From Yuukianura sp. NJ FZ-2021 (taxonomy: Eukaryota): a stretch of 64,000 nt of DNA. The translations under genes were made by a program, and so were the position numbers. Below the pieces are notes generated by a model. That model searched no databases, was not told where the DNA came from, and was given only the letters and a program-made list of their open reading frames with translations. Location: positions 7,936,001 to 8,000,000 of the forward strand of contig CM102286.1 of NCBI GenBank assembly GCA_046563655.1, read 5' to 3'. Shown in pieces: positions 37,468 to 49,701 of this stretch (positions are counted from its first letter, which is position 1; every line of letters begins with the position of its first letter).

Positions 37468-40400
37468 CTAACGAGTATTTCCTCGTTCGTTGAACATTTG
37501 CGTGAAATCAGACCCATTTGCTTCAACCTTGAATGTCAAATCTTGACGAATCTGCAATAAAAACAAACAAAACTAATTCAAAATCTCCACCGTGAAGTTA
37601 ATTTTCCATTGTACACGAAATCCAATACCTTTATACTGCGTCGAACCATCAGGCGTTCTAGTCGTGACACAATTTCCGCAATAAAAATACATCTTGTCTT
37701 CAATTCCTTGTCGACAATCATTCGGAACATCCAGAATTCGGCTTGCGGTAGTTGGATTTTCTCTCTGGTATCGTATATGTACTGCAAGGTGTACCCGGCG
37801 TCAGTTTGAAGGATTTTCCCAGTCGGTCTCGGTTTAACAACAGCAGCATGATCATCGTCATCATGAATTGTAACCGTGGGAGAGTTATCTGGATCAGAAT
37901 CGTATTCAATCTCATCGCCATCTACAACCTCCACGGGGTTGTTGCATCCTAAGGGGTTTTTACCTTCAGTTGGTGGTGCGGGACCACTTCCAGGCATTAC
38001 CTCCATTGTAACTGCTTGTTTCGGATAATTAGCGAAAATTGATGGAATGGCGCCTCCTGTTAGGATCTTGCCTTCAGGTGTATTCAAGATAAACTTTTTA
38101 TCCTATGAATCAGAAACAAGCACTTGATTAGGATTACACTTTTCAGCATAATAATAAAAAAAATGAGTATGCGGCTTACAAAGTGATCTTCGCACAGCAA
38201 GTGAACTGTGGGGTCGAATGGTGTTTTACTGAGGGCGGCTGCTGGAATATATTTCATCCAATCCTTGCGTTTGGCTTTAGTCATCTGCGGCATTTTGAAC
38301 AAAGTTGCGTTAGGATTATGATCACAGTACTCGATGAAGCACGCGTGCTCTCCTCTCTGACCGCCAAGGTCTGGAGTGACTCCGACGTCCAAATAACCAA
38401 AGCCTTCCGGAGGATTAACGTTGATTGGCACAGCCCTCGTTGGTGTTGCTGATCTGGTTCGTTGCCGACCCCTTGCTGACGACGTTTTTCGTGGACTACC
38501 ACGTTTAGCGCCTCTGCTCCGTCGTCGACCTCGAGATGGGGATGGCGATATGTCATCCTCGTAGTCTTCGTCAGCTTCATCGCTACTGTGCGACGCCATT
38601 GACTCAAGCAGTCTAGAAGGAGGGACTATATTTTGCCTCAAACGAGCCGGTCGTCCTCCTGGTTTCGTTTGCCCGCCGACCTCTTCTCGATCATCGGCAA
38701 AAATGGACTTTGGTTCCAATCCTTTCAGCTTCTTACTCGGGCTACAAGAAATAAGAAGTGTGTTGAGGGAAGGTTTAGGTCAAGGTAACTAAACAAAATG
38801 ACATACCGCATTACTAAGGTAGTCTCACGAGCCGTTTTTTAATTGTTTTTTGCGAAAGTTATAGTGGGGTGGATTGTTTGTTTTTAAGTTTTTTTGTGCA
38901 AACGTTTTCCTTCGGTCGCAGTACAAAGCAAATTCATTCACTGTAACCACACAGTGTAACCACTCATCAAACATGTAGTTTAAATCGGTTTTAGGATTGG
39001 AAAATGGAATTATACAAGTTTTACGCTTATAGTTACTAAGAATTCATTGTTGCAACTCAATGGCAAATTAGTTGATTTTGTGCCAAATATCGAACACTGG
39101 TTACAAGTAACACATATTGTTACCTCAACCAACTTCAGCACGAATTTATCGCCTTGGATACCACCCCACTATAACTTTCGCAAAAAACAATTAAAAAACG
39201 TCTCGTGAGACTACCTTAGAAAGCGCATTGAGTTACCAAGGGGATTTTTCGTTTTTTTCCTTTTAACTAGAGTGGACATTTGGCATGTTTTAAACAAAAT
39301 TTTTGAAGCAAATCCAACAAGGCTCAAAGAGGCAAAAAAACCGCTTTCATCCGAAGCTTAAGCCCGGTTCTCATGATGAAATTCAAACGTTCATTTCTCA
39401 AACTTTCTGAAATTGTTAATAAACAACAGTTAAAAGGATTATTCTGAAAAAAATCTGCCCAATGAAAATGATGCACTAGCAAATTCAAATGTTCATTTTT
39501 CAAAATTTCAAAAAATCTTCATCAAAATGTTAGAAACAGGGTTTTTGAGATTTGCCAAAAATTTACCAAGATTTGCCGAGCAATTAAATTATGTTTTATC
39601 AAATTTCATCAAAGATATGATATAATGCACATCAACAATTTAAAATTTAAATTTGCATTAAAATTCTTTGCAGTTCACAGAACACTTTATTTCCCTGTTT
39701 CTAACATTTTGATCCAGATTTTTTGAAATTTTGAAAAATGAACATTTGAATTCGCTAGTGCATCATTTTCATCGGGCAGATTTTTTTTTTCAGAATAATG
39801 CTTTTAACTTTTGTTTATTAACAATTTCAGAAAGTTTAAGAAATGAACGTTTGAATTTCGTCGTGAGAACCGGGCTTAAGCTTCGGATGAAATCGGTTTT
39901 TTTGCCTCTTTGGATTTGCTTCAAAAATTTTGTTTAAAACATGCCAGCCAAATGTCCACTCTAGTTAAAAGAAAAAAACCAAAAATCCCCTTGGTAACTC
40001 AATGAGAAAGCGCGTATGCTTTTTGTTTAGTTGCCTTGGTTTAGGTGAATTAAAATAAAAATATATGAATTTCGTAATAATGGTGAAGGAAATCCCAAAA
40101 TGAAATAAATGAAAATTCGCAATCGCAGGCACTCACCCAGGTTTCGATGGTGGTGGAGGTTTTCGTTTAGTTCCAGTGGTGTCATCGTCGGCATTGCTAT
40201 TATCATTCGGAACAGTTGGTGAGTCGCAGGGAATCAAGTCATCAAAAGTTTGTGATCTATAATTAAAAAAAAACATTAAACATGAACGTTAACAAAAACA
40301 CAATGACAACTAAGCGTGTCGTGGTTAAATCAACCAAGTGTTTTTTTTTTAATACAAACCTGGTTTAAATGAAATGCCGAAATTAGCAAGGAAAACGGGA

Positions 40401-43400
40401 AAATTTTGAAATTTTACACCTCGAAATAGCGAATTCTGGAGAAATTGAGGTGTTATATTCTACTTATTAAGTAACGTAAGTTACTTTATGCATCGACCTT
40501 GTCTGTCTGCCTGTCTGTCTGTCTGGCCGGCCGCCGGCGGCAATTATCTCGGAAACGGCTCAACATTTCCGGGATCTGTTTTCACTAATGAACACCGGAG
40601 GTCGGGCGGATGTTCAATTGAATAGCATCCCGGTGGGTCAACTCCTTCCGGGTCAACCGGTTTCATACCCGGTAACATGGAAAATGACCTCTACAAAAGT
40701 TGTTCGTCTCATCGAGACCGACAACTTTTGTGTACATCATATGACCGCAAGTCACCTCCTTCGGGGTCAAAGGTCAACTTTTTCCATTTTAACGTCCTAC
40801 TAGGGGAAGCGGTGGAACCCACCCCCACTCCCCCTGGGGGACGCAAAGTGGGGGTACCCACCCCCACTCCCCCGGGGGAGGGCGGGAAAATGGGGAAACC
40901 CATCACCACAGCCCCGGGGGGGGGCGTGAAAGTGAGGGGAACCTATCCCCACTTCCCCCGGGGGGGGGGGGGGGAGGTGGAAAAATAGAGAGAACCCACC
41001 CCCCTTCCCCTGGGGGGGGAATCCACCCCCACTACCCCTGGGGGCGGAAAAGCGTGGAAAGCGACACCGTCCGTCAGCGGCGGTTATCTCCGAAGCAGTT
41101 ATGCATTTACGAGATCTTTTTATACCGGTCAACACCTATTGACACGGGGATGTTCACATCTGAATTCCCTATCATACAGACTGCCCAGGTCAAAGGTCAA
41201 TCGCTTACGTTACTTACGTACACCGGTTTACAACCATTTATTATTGTTCTATTTGAGTCGTTCTCTATTCAGTTGTCAATTCTTAGTCAAAACTGGAAAA
41301 ACTTACAATATTATTTGACAATATTTTGATTAAATAAACGTTTTTAACACACTGGATTAAAACCCACTTTTGGTTTAAACCATAAAAACCATGGTTTAAA
41401 CCCAGTGTTACAAGTTAAACATTTAACTTTTAGGTTAAAAGTTAATACAAGGTAGGGCAATGCTCAAGGGTTGAGCATTGGTCTTCTGGAGGCAGTTGAC
41501 AATTGATACGACATTTAGACCTGCCTACCGCAAAACTGTGGGCGTACAGAGAAACCGTTTTCATGAAATTAAAGCTCTAAAACGTCACTGAAAATTTTCA
41601 GTGCGAATGTGATCCTCCTTTATGCATGAGTTGCACCAAAATTGCCTTGGCAATTTTACCGTCATGTTCAAGTTTTGAGGCCGAAAATATCTGCACTGAA
41701 TTGATGTTGTTAATTTGTTGTGCACAAAATGCACAAAATTGAACGTTTAGGAGAAGGTGTCGAACATCGTTTTTAATTTATGTTCTTAATTTGTTGAGGA
41801 AGATGCACATAACGTATTGTCGATGTTGCCATGGCAATTGACTATTAGCGAAAAGAGCGTAAACCAAACAGCCTCAAAATAATGATGTTGAAATTGAGAT
41901 TTGTGCATGATGCACAAAATTTGAACGCTGAGATTGAGAAGGATGGGTCGAATATTTCTTCTTTTAAATCGAAATCGGTTCATGAAGATGCACCATGTGT
42001 CAAATTAGGTGCATACGTTATAGTGTCGAATATCACTTGTTTAAAATCAAAACAAAATTTTCTGGCAAAGGCAAACTTGAACCCTGCCAAGCACTGCTTA
42101 CGTATTATGAATTTAAGCCGGAATTTCTACCCTCTAACAAGGCTAAATTTAACAAAGCATTTAAACATACTGCCAGAAAATGACCAGATCAAAACTTCGT
42201 TGTTTATAAATATTTTGAGTGCAATCGAAACCAAAACAGTTTTGCGGAGCCACGATACTGCGGGTACGTAAAGTAGCCGCCAACTTTTACGTTGTTAATT
42301 TAACACTTTGAGTGCAATGTAGACCTACTGAAAACTCTTGAGCCATACATAACCCCCCGACTGCGATGGGGCTAATGTTTCAGTACAATGAGTCCTAAAA
42401 AACGTGACAGACAGACGGACAGACGGACATGGTCGTATCAATAGTCTTCTTCAGCACGTCGTAGACGTGCGTCTCCAGAAGACTAAAAACTGAAATTATC
42501 TTTAAAAAAAACCCTAAACTAAAAAAACTTTAATTTTTTTTAGTTTTTTTAATTTATTTAAGTTTATTTAGGCTAAACTAAATTTCGCTTTTGGGTTAAA
42601 AATTGACTTAAAAAAACTACGAAAAACGGGCGGAGATGGCGTGCAAACTCAAAAATCTACCTCATTTTTGCAAAAATAAGCCCCGTATTCGCATGAAATT
42701 ATGTTTGTGACCTAGTTTTTAGGTCAAAGTAGCTTGAATTTCCTTGACCTCCGAATTGCCGTTGAGCTCTATAGGTAAGCGTAACCAAAATCAGAGGTCA
42801 TTCCGGAATGGAAAACGTTCATTCCATTTAAAACGTGATGAAAAAAAAACTTTTTTTTTTTAGAAAAAGGTCACAGAGGTCACGGACCTAAAGAACATAC
42901 GGCTTGCGTGTATCACACTTTAAGCTACACGCTTCGCGAAAGGAAGCACTTCTGCAAGCATTCTGGCTGTAAACGTGTTAGCTCTGCATGCTTTACATGC
43001 AAATTAAATTTATAGACTTAAAGAAAACAGCTGTAGTCTCTTTAAGTTTATTTAATACATTTTATTTATTTCAGTTTCTTTAACAGAAACTAAAAAAACT
43101 ACCCGACGCAAGGTAAATAGAATACTACTATACAGGGCGATCGAAAAATTTAGCGGGTCCCCGCCCCTGTTCCCCCCTCACTTTTTGAAATTCCCGCGAA
43201 AATCTGGGAGTTGTTCCGAGTTGTGCGCAACGAAGTCAAAAACTTAGAAAGTAAAACATATTTTTTATTTACATGAGATAATTATATAATCAAAATAACT
43301 AATTAACTAAAATTGAAAGTGATCAGTCATCACTGATGATTTTTCACTGATCACTGTAAGTTTTTTAGTGACCACTAAAAACTTTTAGTTATCTCTTCAG

Positions 43401-46298
43401 TGTTAACTAAAAATTTCCAGTGACTACAAATTATTCAGTAACCACTAAAATTGTCAGTGGTCACTGATGATTATTTAGTGACCAAAATGTTTTCAGTAAT
43501 AAGTGACGGAAGCAATTTTTTATTGATTACTGATGATTTCTCAGCATCCACCAAGAACCTTCCAGCAAAAACTGGTCGTTTTTCAGTGACCACCAACAAC
43601 TTTTCATTGATCACTGGTGTTTTTTCAGTGACCACCAACTTTTCAGTGAACACTGACTATTTTTCAGTAACCACCCAAAAGTTTAAACTCATTTTCATTT
43701 TTCCTTAGAACAGTTAACCCGATTCTGTAGCACGAGGCACGAATGACGTTTTAAACTTATCCTTACACAAGTGCTGTCCTAACTGAAGGGTCCAACTTAT
43801 GTTTACAATTATGTTTATGTTTAAAAAAGATAACCATAAACTTAAACATAAGGTTACGCAGAGTTTTCCTAAGTGTCTATTAATTAATTAGACTGAAAAC
43901 TATTGGTTACAAGAATAAAAAATTGTTAATCGTTGATCTAATGTTACTGAAAAATCGTGAGTCATCACTGAAAAATCACCAGTGGTCACTGAAAAGTTGG
44001 TGGTCACTGAAAAAACACCAGTGATCAATGAAAAGTTGTTGGTGGTCACTGAAAAATTATCAGTTTTAGTAGTCACTGAAAAATTATCAGTTTTGGTAGT
44101 CACTGAAAAACGACCAGTTTTTGCTGGAAGGTTTTTGGTGGATGCTGAGAAATCATCAGTAATCAATAAAAATTTGCTTCCGTCACTTATTACTGAAAAC
44201 ATTTTGGTCACTAAATAATCATCAGTGACCATTGACAATTTTAGTGGTTACTGAATAATTTGTAGTCACTGAAAATTTTTATTTAACACTGAAGAGATAA
44301 CTAAAAGTTTTTAGTGGTCACTAAAAAACTTACAGTGATCAGTGAAAAATCATCAGTGATGACTGATCACTTTCAATTTTAGTTAATTAGTTATTTTGAT
44401 TATATAATTATCTCATGTAAATAAAAAATATGTTTTACTTTCTAAGTTTTTGACTTCGTTGCGCACAACTCGGCACAACTCCCAGATTTTCGCGGGAATT
44501 TCAAAAAGTGAGAGGGGAACAGGGGCGGGGACCCGCTAAATTTTTCGATCGCCCTGTATAGGTAGTGCGAATGGGAAGTTTGTTTGGTTGCCATGTGGAA
44601 AAAAAATGACGTCACTCGCTGAAAAATACCGGAATTCTGCCGAATAATTATCGTGTCCTATAGAAATCCGTAAGACACATTTTGTTTACATAAATGCCAG
44701 CGGGTTCCAATTTCACGATTACGGTATTTTTTCAGCGGGTGGTGACGTCACAAACAAAAATTGCATTGGTTGCTATGAGGCCTGTTCGCAGGGGCTGTAC
44801 CCGACCCTTAAAAATATACAACACTGTTTAAACCAAAAACCATGGTGTTTTTGTTTTTTTGAAAAGAAAGCAAATAAACACGACACCCTGAAAAGATTCT
44901 TAGGAAATGTACTAAAAATATTACTACTCGTCCTCGTCAGTGTTAGGGTCGAAATCATCAGTAGCACTAACCTTCCCAGAAGTTGGTCTAGTTTCTCCTC
45001 AATCCGACCCACCTTCGTTTTCATTTCGTCCATATTTGTTTTCATTTCGTCCATATTTGTTTTCACTTCGTCCACCTTTGTTTTCACTTCTTCCACCTTT
45101 GAAAAAAAAAATAAGGATTTGAAAAATTTGCAATAGGATGTATTTCACCACTTTTCATTTTGCACTCTTTTCTGGGTGTATCAAGACAGCACCTCATCAC
45201 CGCCAAACCAACACCTCAATTTCAGCACCGTCAAGCCAGCACCTCAACTTTTTTTTTAAAAAAAGTGAGGTATTTGGGTGCTGACTTGACAATCCCCCGG
45301 CGTATAAAGTCAACACCTCACTCTAAAAATCTCCCCGTTACCAATTCAAGTCGATTACTTGATTTAGCATGAAATTTAAAAGAGTAGACTTATGATTCAG
45401 TGGGAAAATTCTGAAAATTTTATGTGAACTCCCTAGCCACCCCTGATACCAATAAAATAAGCAAAGAAAATTTCACCGGAAATCATAAACCGATTGCAAA
45501 AGAAAATCTTTTTTGAAATTTTGATTCTTTAATTTTTCCAAATTTCATGAAAATCTGTTTCTAGTGTAACTAAAGTATGCTGAACACGATTTTGAAAGAA
45601 TTTTTCAAAAAAAGTCAACAAAAAAGTTAGAGTTCATTTAGTGCTCAGGTTAGGTTAGGTTTTTCAAGAATCGGTTTTTGATTTCCGGTGAAATTTTTTT
45701 TTGCTTTTTCGTATCAGGGGTCGATAGGGAGTTCACATAAAAATTTTCTGAATTTTCCCACTGAATCAAAAGTTTTCCAATTAAAAGACAGACCGAGGTG
45801 CTGAAATGAGGTGCTGGCTTGACGGTGCTGAAATTGAGGCGCTGGTTTGACGGTGTTGAGGCGATGGGGTAAAGTTTCGGAATCGGGGCTACGCCCAGAT
45901 TTTGGTGACATATTTTTTTCTAGACTAATTCGAGGGTGCTGAAACCGATTATGAAGGAATTTTTCTCCGGAAATGAACGGAAGTATTTTTTAGGAAATTT
46001 TGAAAATTGGAATTCTCCCATAAGGACACATGTTAATTTTTTCTGAAATTAGGTTTTTGCTTCTATTTTGCTAAGTTAGGTTAGGTAACGTTTGTTAAAG
46101 TGTTGAACAATGTTTCTAAAACGTTTATGTTAGGTTTGGTTAGATTTAGAAATTCGGAAAATCTGGGTCAAGCCCCGATTCCGAAACTTTTCCGGCGATG
46201 GCTTGATACGCCCCTCTTTTCTTCTCAATTTCAATTTTCATTTTTAGCATTAACAATACCTCAAGTTGTAACCGCTCCGCCAAGTGACAGTTTGACAT
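37468..46298 (-). CDS. THAP paralog B (chimeric and 3'-truncated, possibly a pseudogene); exons 46298-46260, 45096-44972, 40256-40137, 38741-38180, 38102-37629, 37551-37468
   Basis: Exons 3-6, their introns, the promoter and the 3' flank are clear duplicates of gene A. Exon 1 starts MSNC like gene A; exon 2 is a heptad repeat. A deletion in the last exon produces TAG at 37470-37468. Confidence 0.65.
38814..39219. mobile_element. MITE with ~60-bp TIRs; probable TA target, superfamily uncertain
   Basis: CTAAGGTAGTCTCACGAG...GTTATAGTGGGGTGG mirrored by CCACCCCACTATAAC...CTCGTGAGACTACCTTAG. Confidence 0.8.
39226..40004. mobile_element. Foldback element with ~315-bp TIRs, CA..TG ends, 8-bp TSD (P- or hAT-like)
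   Basis: AGAAAGCG|CATTGAGTTACCAAGGGG...CCCCTTGGTAACTCAATG|AGAAAGCG (TSD 39218-39225 and 40005-40012). Confidence 0.85.
40464..41243 (+). mobile_element. Helentron-associated/DINE-1-like non-autonomous element
   Basis: Sub-TIR TAAGTAACGTAAG / CTTACGTTACTTA, 5' palindrome, (CTGT)n microsatellite, G/C-rich centre, 3' GGTTTACAACC stem-loop; core shared with 62269-63421. Confidence 0.7.
41448..42489 (-). mobile_element. Second DINE-1/Helentron-like element, minus orientation
   Basis: Sub-TIR GTCTTCTGGAG / CTCCAGAAGAC, (GACA/GACG)n microsatellite at ~42406-42428, stem-loop CAATGCTCAA-ggg-TTGAGCATTG at ~41458-41480. Confidence 0.65.
43133..44556. mobile_element. Foldback element with ~540-bp TIRs rich in TCAGTGACCA-like repeats; TA flanks
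   Basis: TA|CAGGGCGATCGAAAAATTTAGCGGG...CCCGCTAAATTTTTCGATCGCCCTG|TA; mirrored low-complexity ORFs on both strands. Confidence 0.85.
45174..46213. mobile_element. MULE-like non-autonomous element (9-bp TSD) with internal inverted blocks
   Basis: CTCTTTTCT|GGGTGTATCAAG...CTTGATACGCCC|CTCTTTTCT (TSD 45165-45173 and 46214-46222); internal inverted pair at ~45394-45480 / ~45685-45767. Confidence 0.8.
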
Positions 46299-47329
46299 TA
46301 TAGCCAAAGTTTGTCAATCCAAATCGACTGCAACCTCCAGCTCCAGTGTACTAGAATAAAGTTATGAAGGAGATTAAGGTCAAATAACGATGATTAATCT
46401 ATTATACAAAATCAATTAGTGGGTAAGCTAGAAAGTCCTGTTTAGTTGAAACTGAAAGTGACACAATCCTTGATTTCAAATTCAATGTTTATAATCGAAA
46501 ACAATGTTCGCACATACCGGTCGAACGTCGAGGTATTCCTTTTTGACCAAAAAACCGTTCAGAATTTCCTTATTTTCCGTCTGCCCGCCGAGATCTCCGT
46601 TACTTACTTGCTACATACACAAAACAGGCTCTCCTACACTTATATTCGCGCACCTCTCGCGCTTCGAAAAGGAAAATGCCCCACCGCAGAGGGTTCACGC
46701 CTGTTTCGTACGGACTTTGAACCGTATTTCATCTCACGATAAAAACTCACCAAAATTCATTAGAAATTCATCTAAACACATAATGAAGTGGTTTTAATTT
46801 TGAGGCTTTTAAAAATTACGAATGAAAATTTCTTTTCACTTAGGTTAAGTTTTAATTAATTATAAGTTTAGCAATGTTCGTTCGGCATGATACGGAAGGT
46901 GGCAACATTGCTGTGTTATTTTGTGAGGAGGAGGAACCCCGCCAACGCAAGCCAAGCTAAATTTTGTTTCAAAATTCAGATTTAACCTTCTTACGAAATA
47001 AAAACCAACACTTCAGTGTCAATATGTCAATCCATACAATTTTAATTAACAATTGAGAAGATACATATTTAATTTCAGTTTCCTAACTTGGTTACTTGTT
47101 ACTTCCGTTTTTGCTAATTATCTGTCACTTTGAGATAGAAAAACGCCTCGACGGGCCTTACTTTCAATTTTACCTCATTTGTAGATCCCCGTTTAGCATC
47201 ATTGTGCCACTTGATTGTACTACAAAAATTGAACTAAAGAATTTTCCTGAATCTAATAATTCCGTCTAGAATTTGGAAGCATCGTCATGACAACATAAGG
47301 TACAGTACCGTTACTGTTTTGATGGAACA

Positions 47330-47791
47330 AATTCGGCAAAACGGCCACTCGATTTTTTACGATTAAAATATCGTTTTATATCAACTTTTGGGTGTAGATT
47401 CCGAATCTGAAATCAGTTTTTGGCGGTCACACCTCCTTCTTGGTAAGATTGATTAATTAAGATTCTAGTGTAAATTTTATATACAGAATGAGATTTTCTG
47501 TTATGTAACCAATGGAGATTAGAAATTATTGTTGTTATATGCTAACCAAACCTAACGCGCGCCTTCGGCGCGGGGATATAACAAACAACAATGCTTAGTA
47601 TCCACTGGTTACACTAGAAATTTTCATTATTTACGTGAAATTTACCTTGTTAATTAGAATCTTAATTAATAACTCTCACCATGAAGGAGGTGCGACCGCC
47701 AAAAACGGATTTCACATTTGGAATCTACACCCAAAAATTGATATAAAACGATATTTTAATCATAAAAAATCGAGTGGCCGTTTTGCCGAAT
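47330..47791. mobile_element. Degenerate foldback/MITE; outer ends not defined
   Basis: ATTCGGCAAAACGGCCACTCGATTTTT ... AAAAATCGAGTGGCCGTTTTGCCGAAT with ~140-bp arms and a central CGCGCCTTCGGCGCG hairpin. Confidence 0.7.
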
Positions 47792-48073
47792 ATAAGCCGT
47801 TTTGATTTTTTTTAAAAGTCGTTTGATACTCAATTAAGTCGATTCTTCTGAAATAAATTTCTTGATCGCCATCCACTTTTACCTCATCACTACCACGGTT
47901 TGAGAAAGTAATCAGCGAAGATATAATTATTCCCTGCAGTATTCTCCGGCGTAGTTTTTCTAAGTCCCCGTACTTGGAAGTGCAACCAGTACGTAAGCTT
48001 AACTAATATTCATTTCTAGATCGTTGAAATGTATTTTCTGATTTGATTTGAAACTTTTATTTTTCTTTAAGAA

Positions 48074-49492
48074 ATGGATCATCGAATGTTTCAGCGCGGT
48101 CGCATCACACCGAACTTGATGCAGGCGGACTTTGGAACAGGAAGCTATCGACCGTTGAAGCCTGGAGCTGCTAGCCACTCTGCTCCGGATCTAAGCATTA
48201 GGTCATCCTTCAAAAAGCAGCCGACAATTAACCAGCATGTCGTCTCTAAGAATGGCTCAGTTGCTGGATCAAGTAAGTCAGCCACTACAATTCCAGTTTC
48301 TTCAGGGACTTTGTTACGTAGTCGGTTCACGGTTCCGAACTATGGTCACACGAAGACAGTTAGAAACGATGATCTGAAGTTGCCGAGTCCAGATGAAATG
48401 ATTAAACAAGTTCTTCAAGTGACTAGCTCAACGTTCAGCCAAGGTCTTAAGATTGCTCAACTTCTGGATGTCATTTTCTGTTCATACGAACAGTACCCAA
48501 AGACACAAGCAGCGGAAGCCAAGTTGAAAAGAACTTTAGAAAACTTGGTAGCCAAGGGCGTCGTGTCACGCGTAAGTACCTCACAAGCGGACCGCGGAGT
48601 TGATAGTTTTAATTGCGTCAATTATTATTTTGAACCATAGTCGTTCGGCTCGACGCAGTCCGATGCCACCTACCGATTGACCTCGGCAGAATGTCCAAGC
48701 TGGAATGACAAAATAGCAATGAAATTAGCAGTCGTCGGACATGGCATCAAATCTGTACCTCACCATTACGCCAGGGGCGACAGTTTGCCATCAGGAAGCG
48801 ATTTCCCAACCAGAGTGGCTCGAAACACAAATCTCAAAGAGAACGCCAAGTCTAGCACTCCAGCAAATACAATTTCGAAACCAAAGCTGAATCTTGGAAT
48901 TCGGAGCCGCCCGTATGCCTCGCTCTCATTCGATGACAAGAACAAACTTACGAAAAGTTTTGCCTATCGTGTTGGCGAAATTGAAGCTCTTAGACCCATG
49001 GAGTACATTCCAAATTCTCCAGTTGCAAGAAATGATTCGTTTGATGACGACGATGTAGGAGTACATACTTGGAAGTCAACAGCCATTAACGGGAAGGCTA
49101 ACGATGTGGTACTATCGAATTCTCAGCCGACGTGGGATGACCATGAAGACGAACAGAATGCTGCTTTAACAGAACGTTTTCGGGCTTACGCCAGGGCTAT
49201 CAACTTGGATTGTGAGGATAACGAGCATGTTGAGCGCAGTCGTCACGGTTCAGTGACCAAGTCGCTCCAACGGTCTCAAAGTTTGTCTTCGTTTTCTGGA
49301 AATCAACATCATGGAAGAAATAACTCTCTAACAATGACAATGACAGGTATGTTTCTGCTAAGAAAAAAATAATTGGTTATTTGCGTCAAATTCAATGTCA
49401 ATGATTATAATCATTTATGTCAATAATAGATTAATCTTTATAATAATCACATTTTAGAGTTGCTGTCGCTGAACCGGACGTCACACTGTTGA
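48074..49492 (+). CDS. Protein with a linker-histone H15-like winged-helix domain within disordered regions (exons ~48074-48571, 48641-49346, 49458-49492; true start and last acceptor uncertain)
   Basis: PSPDEMIKQVL...GLKIAQLLDVIFCSY...KLKRTLENLVAKGVVSR/SFGSTQSDATYRL fits the H15 pattern; the two long ORFs join in phase 0 across a 69-nt GT-AG intron. Confidence 0.6.
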
Positions 49493-49701
49493 AGAGAAGA
49501 AGGGATGGAACACTATTGTAAAATGTGCATTCAATAACAAAAAATCTAAGTAATCTTATTTACATCTGCCCTACGTAAATTAAATATATAACATTAATAA
49601 AAATGTTACTTACAAATTCGTTTTAATAATCCTTGTGCGGTGCCATTCCGCTGTTCTGCTATGCTGCTAGCAGCTTTGGAAGTGACTAACTGACATTTTC
49701 G

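Noticed and set aside
32582..38741. THAP genes as active P-element transposases
   Set aside because: No DDE/RNase H catalytic region recognised and no TIRs or TSD around the genes.
43451..44238. FSVTT / VVTEK repeat ORFs
   Set aside because: Subterminal repeats of a foldback transposon.
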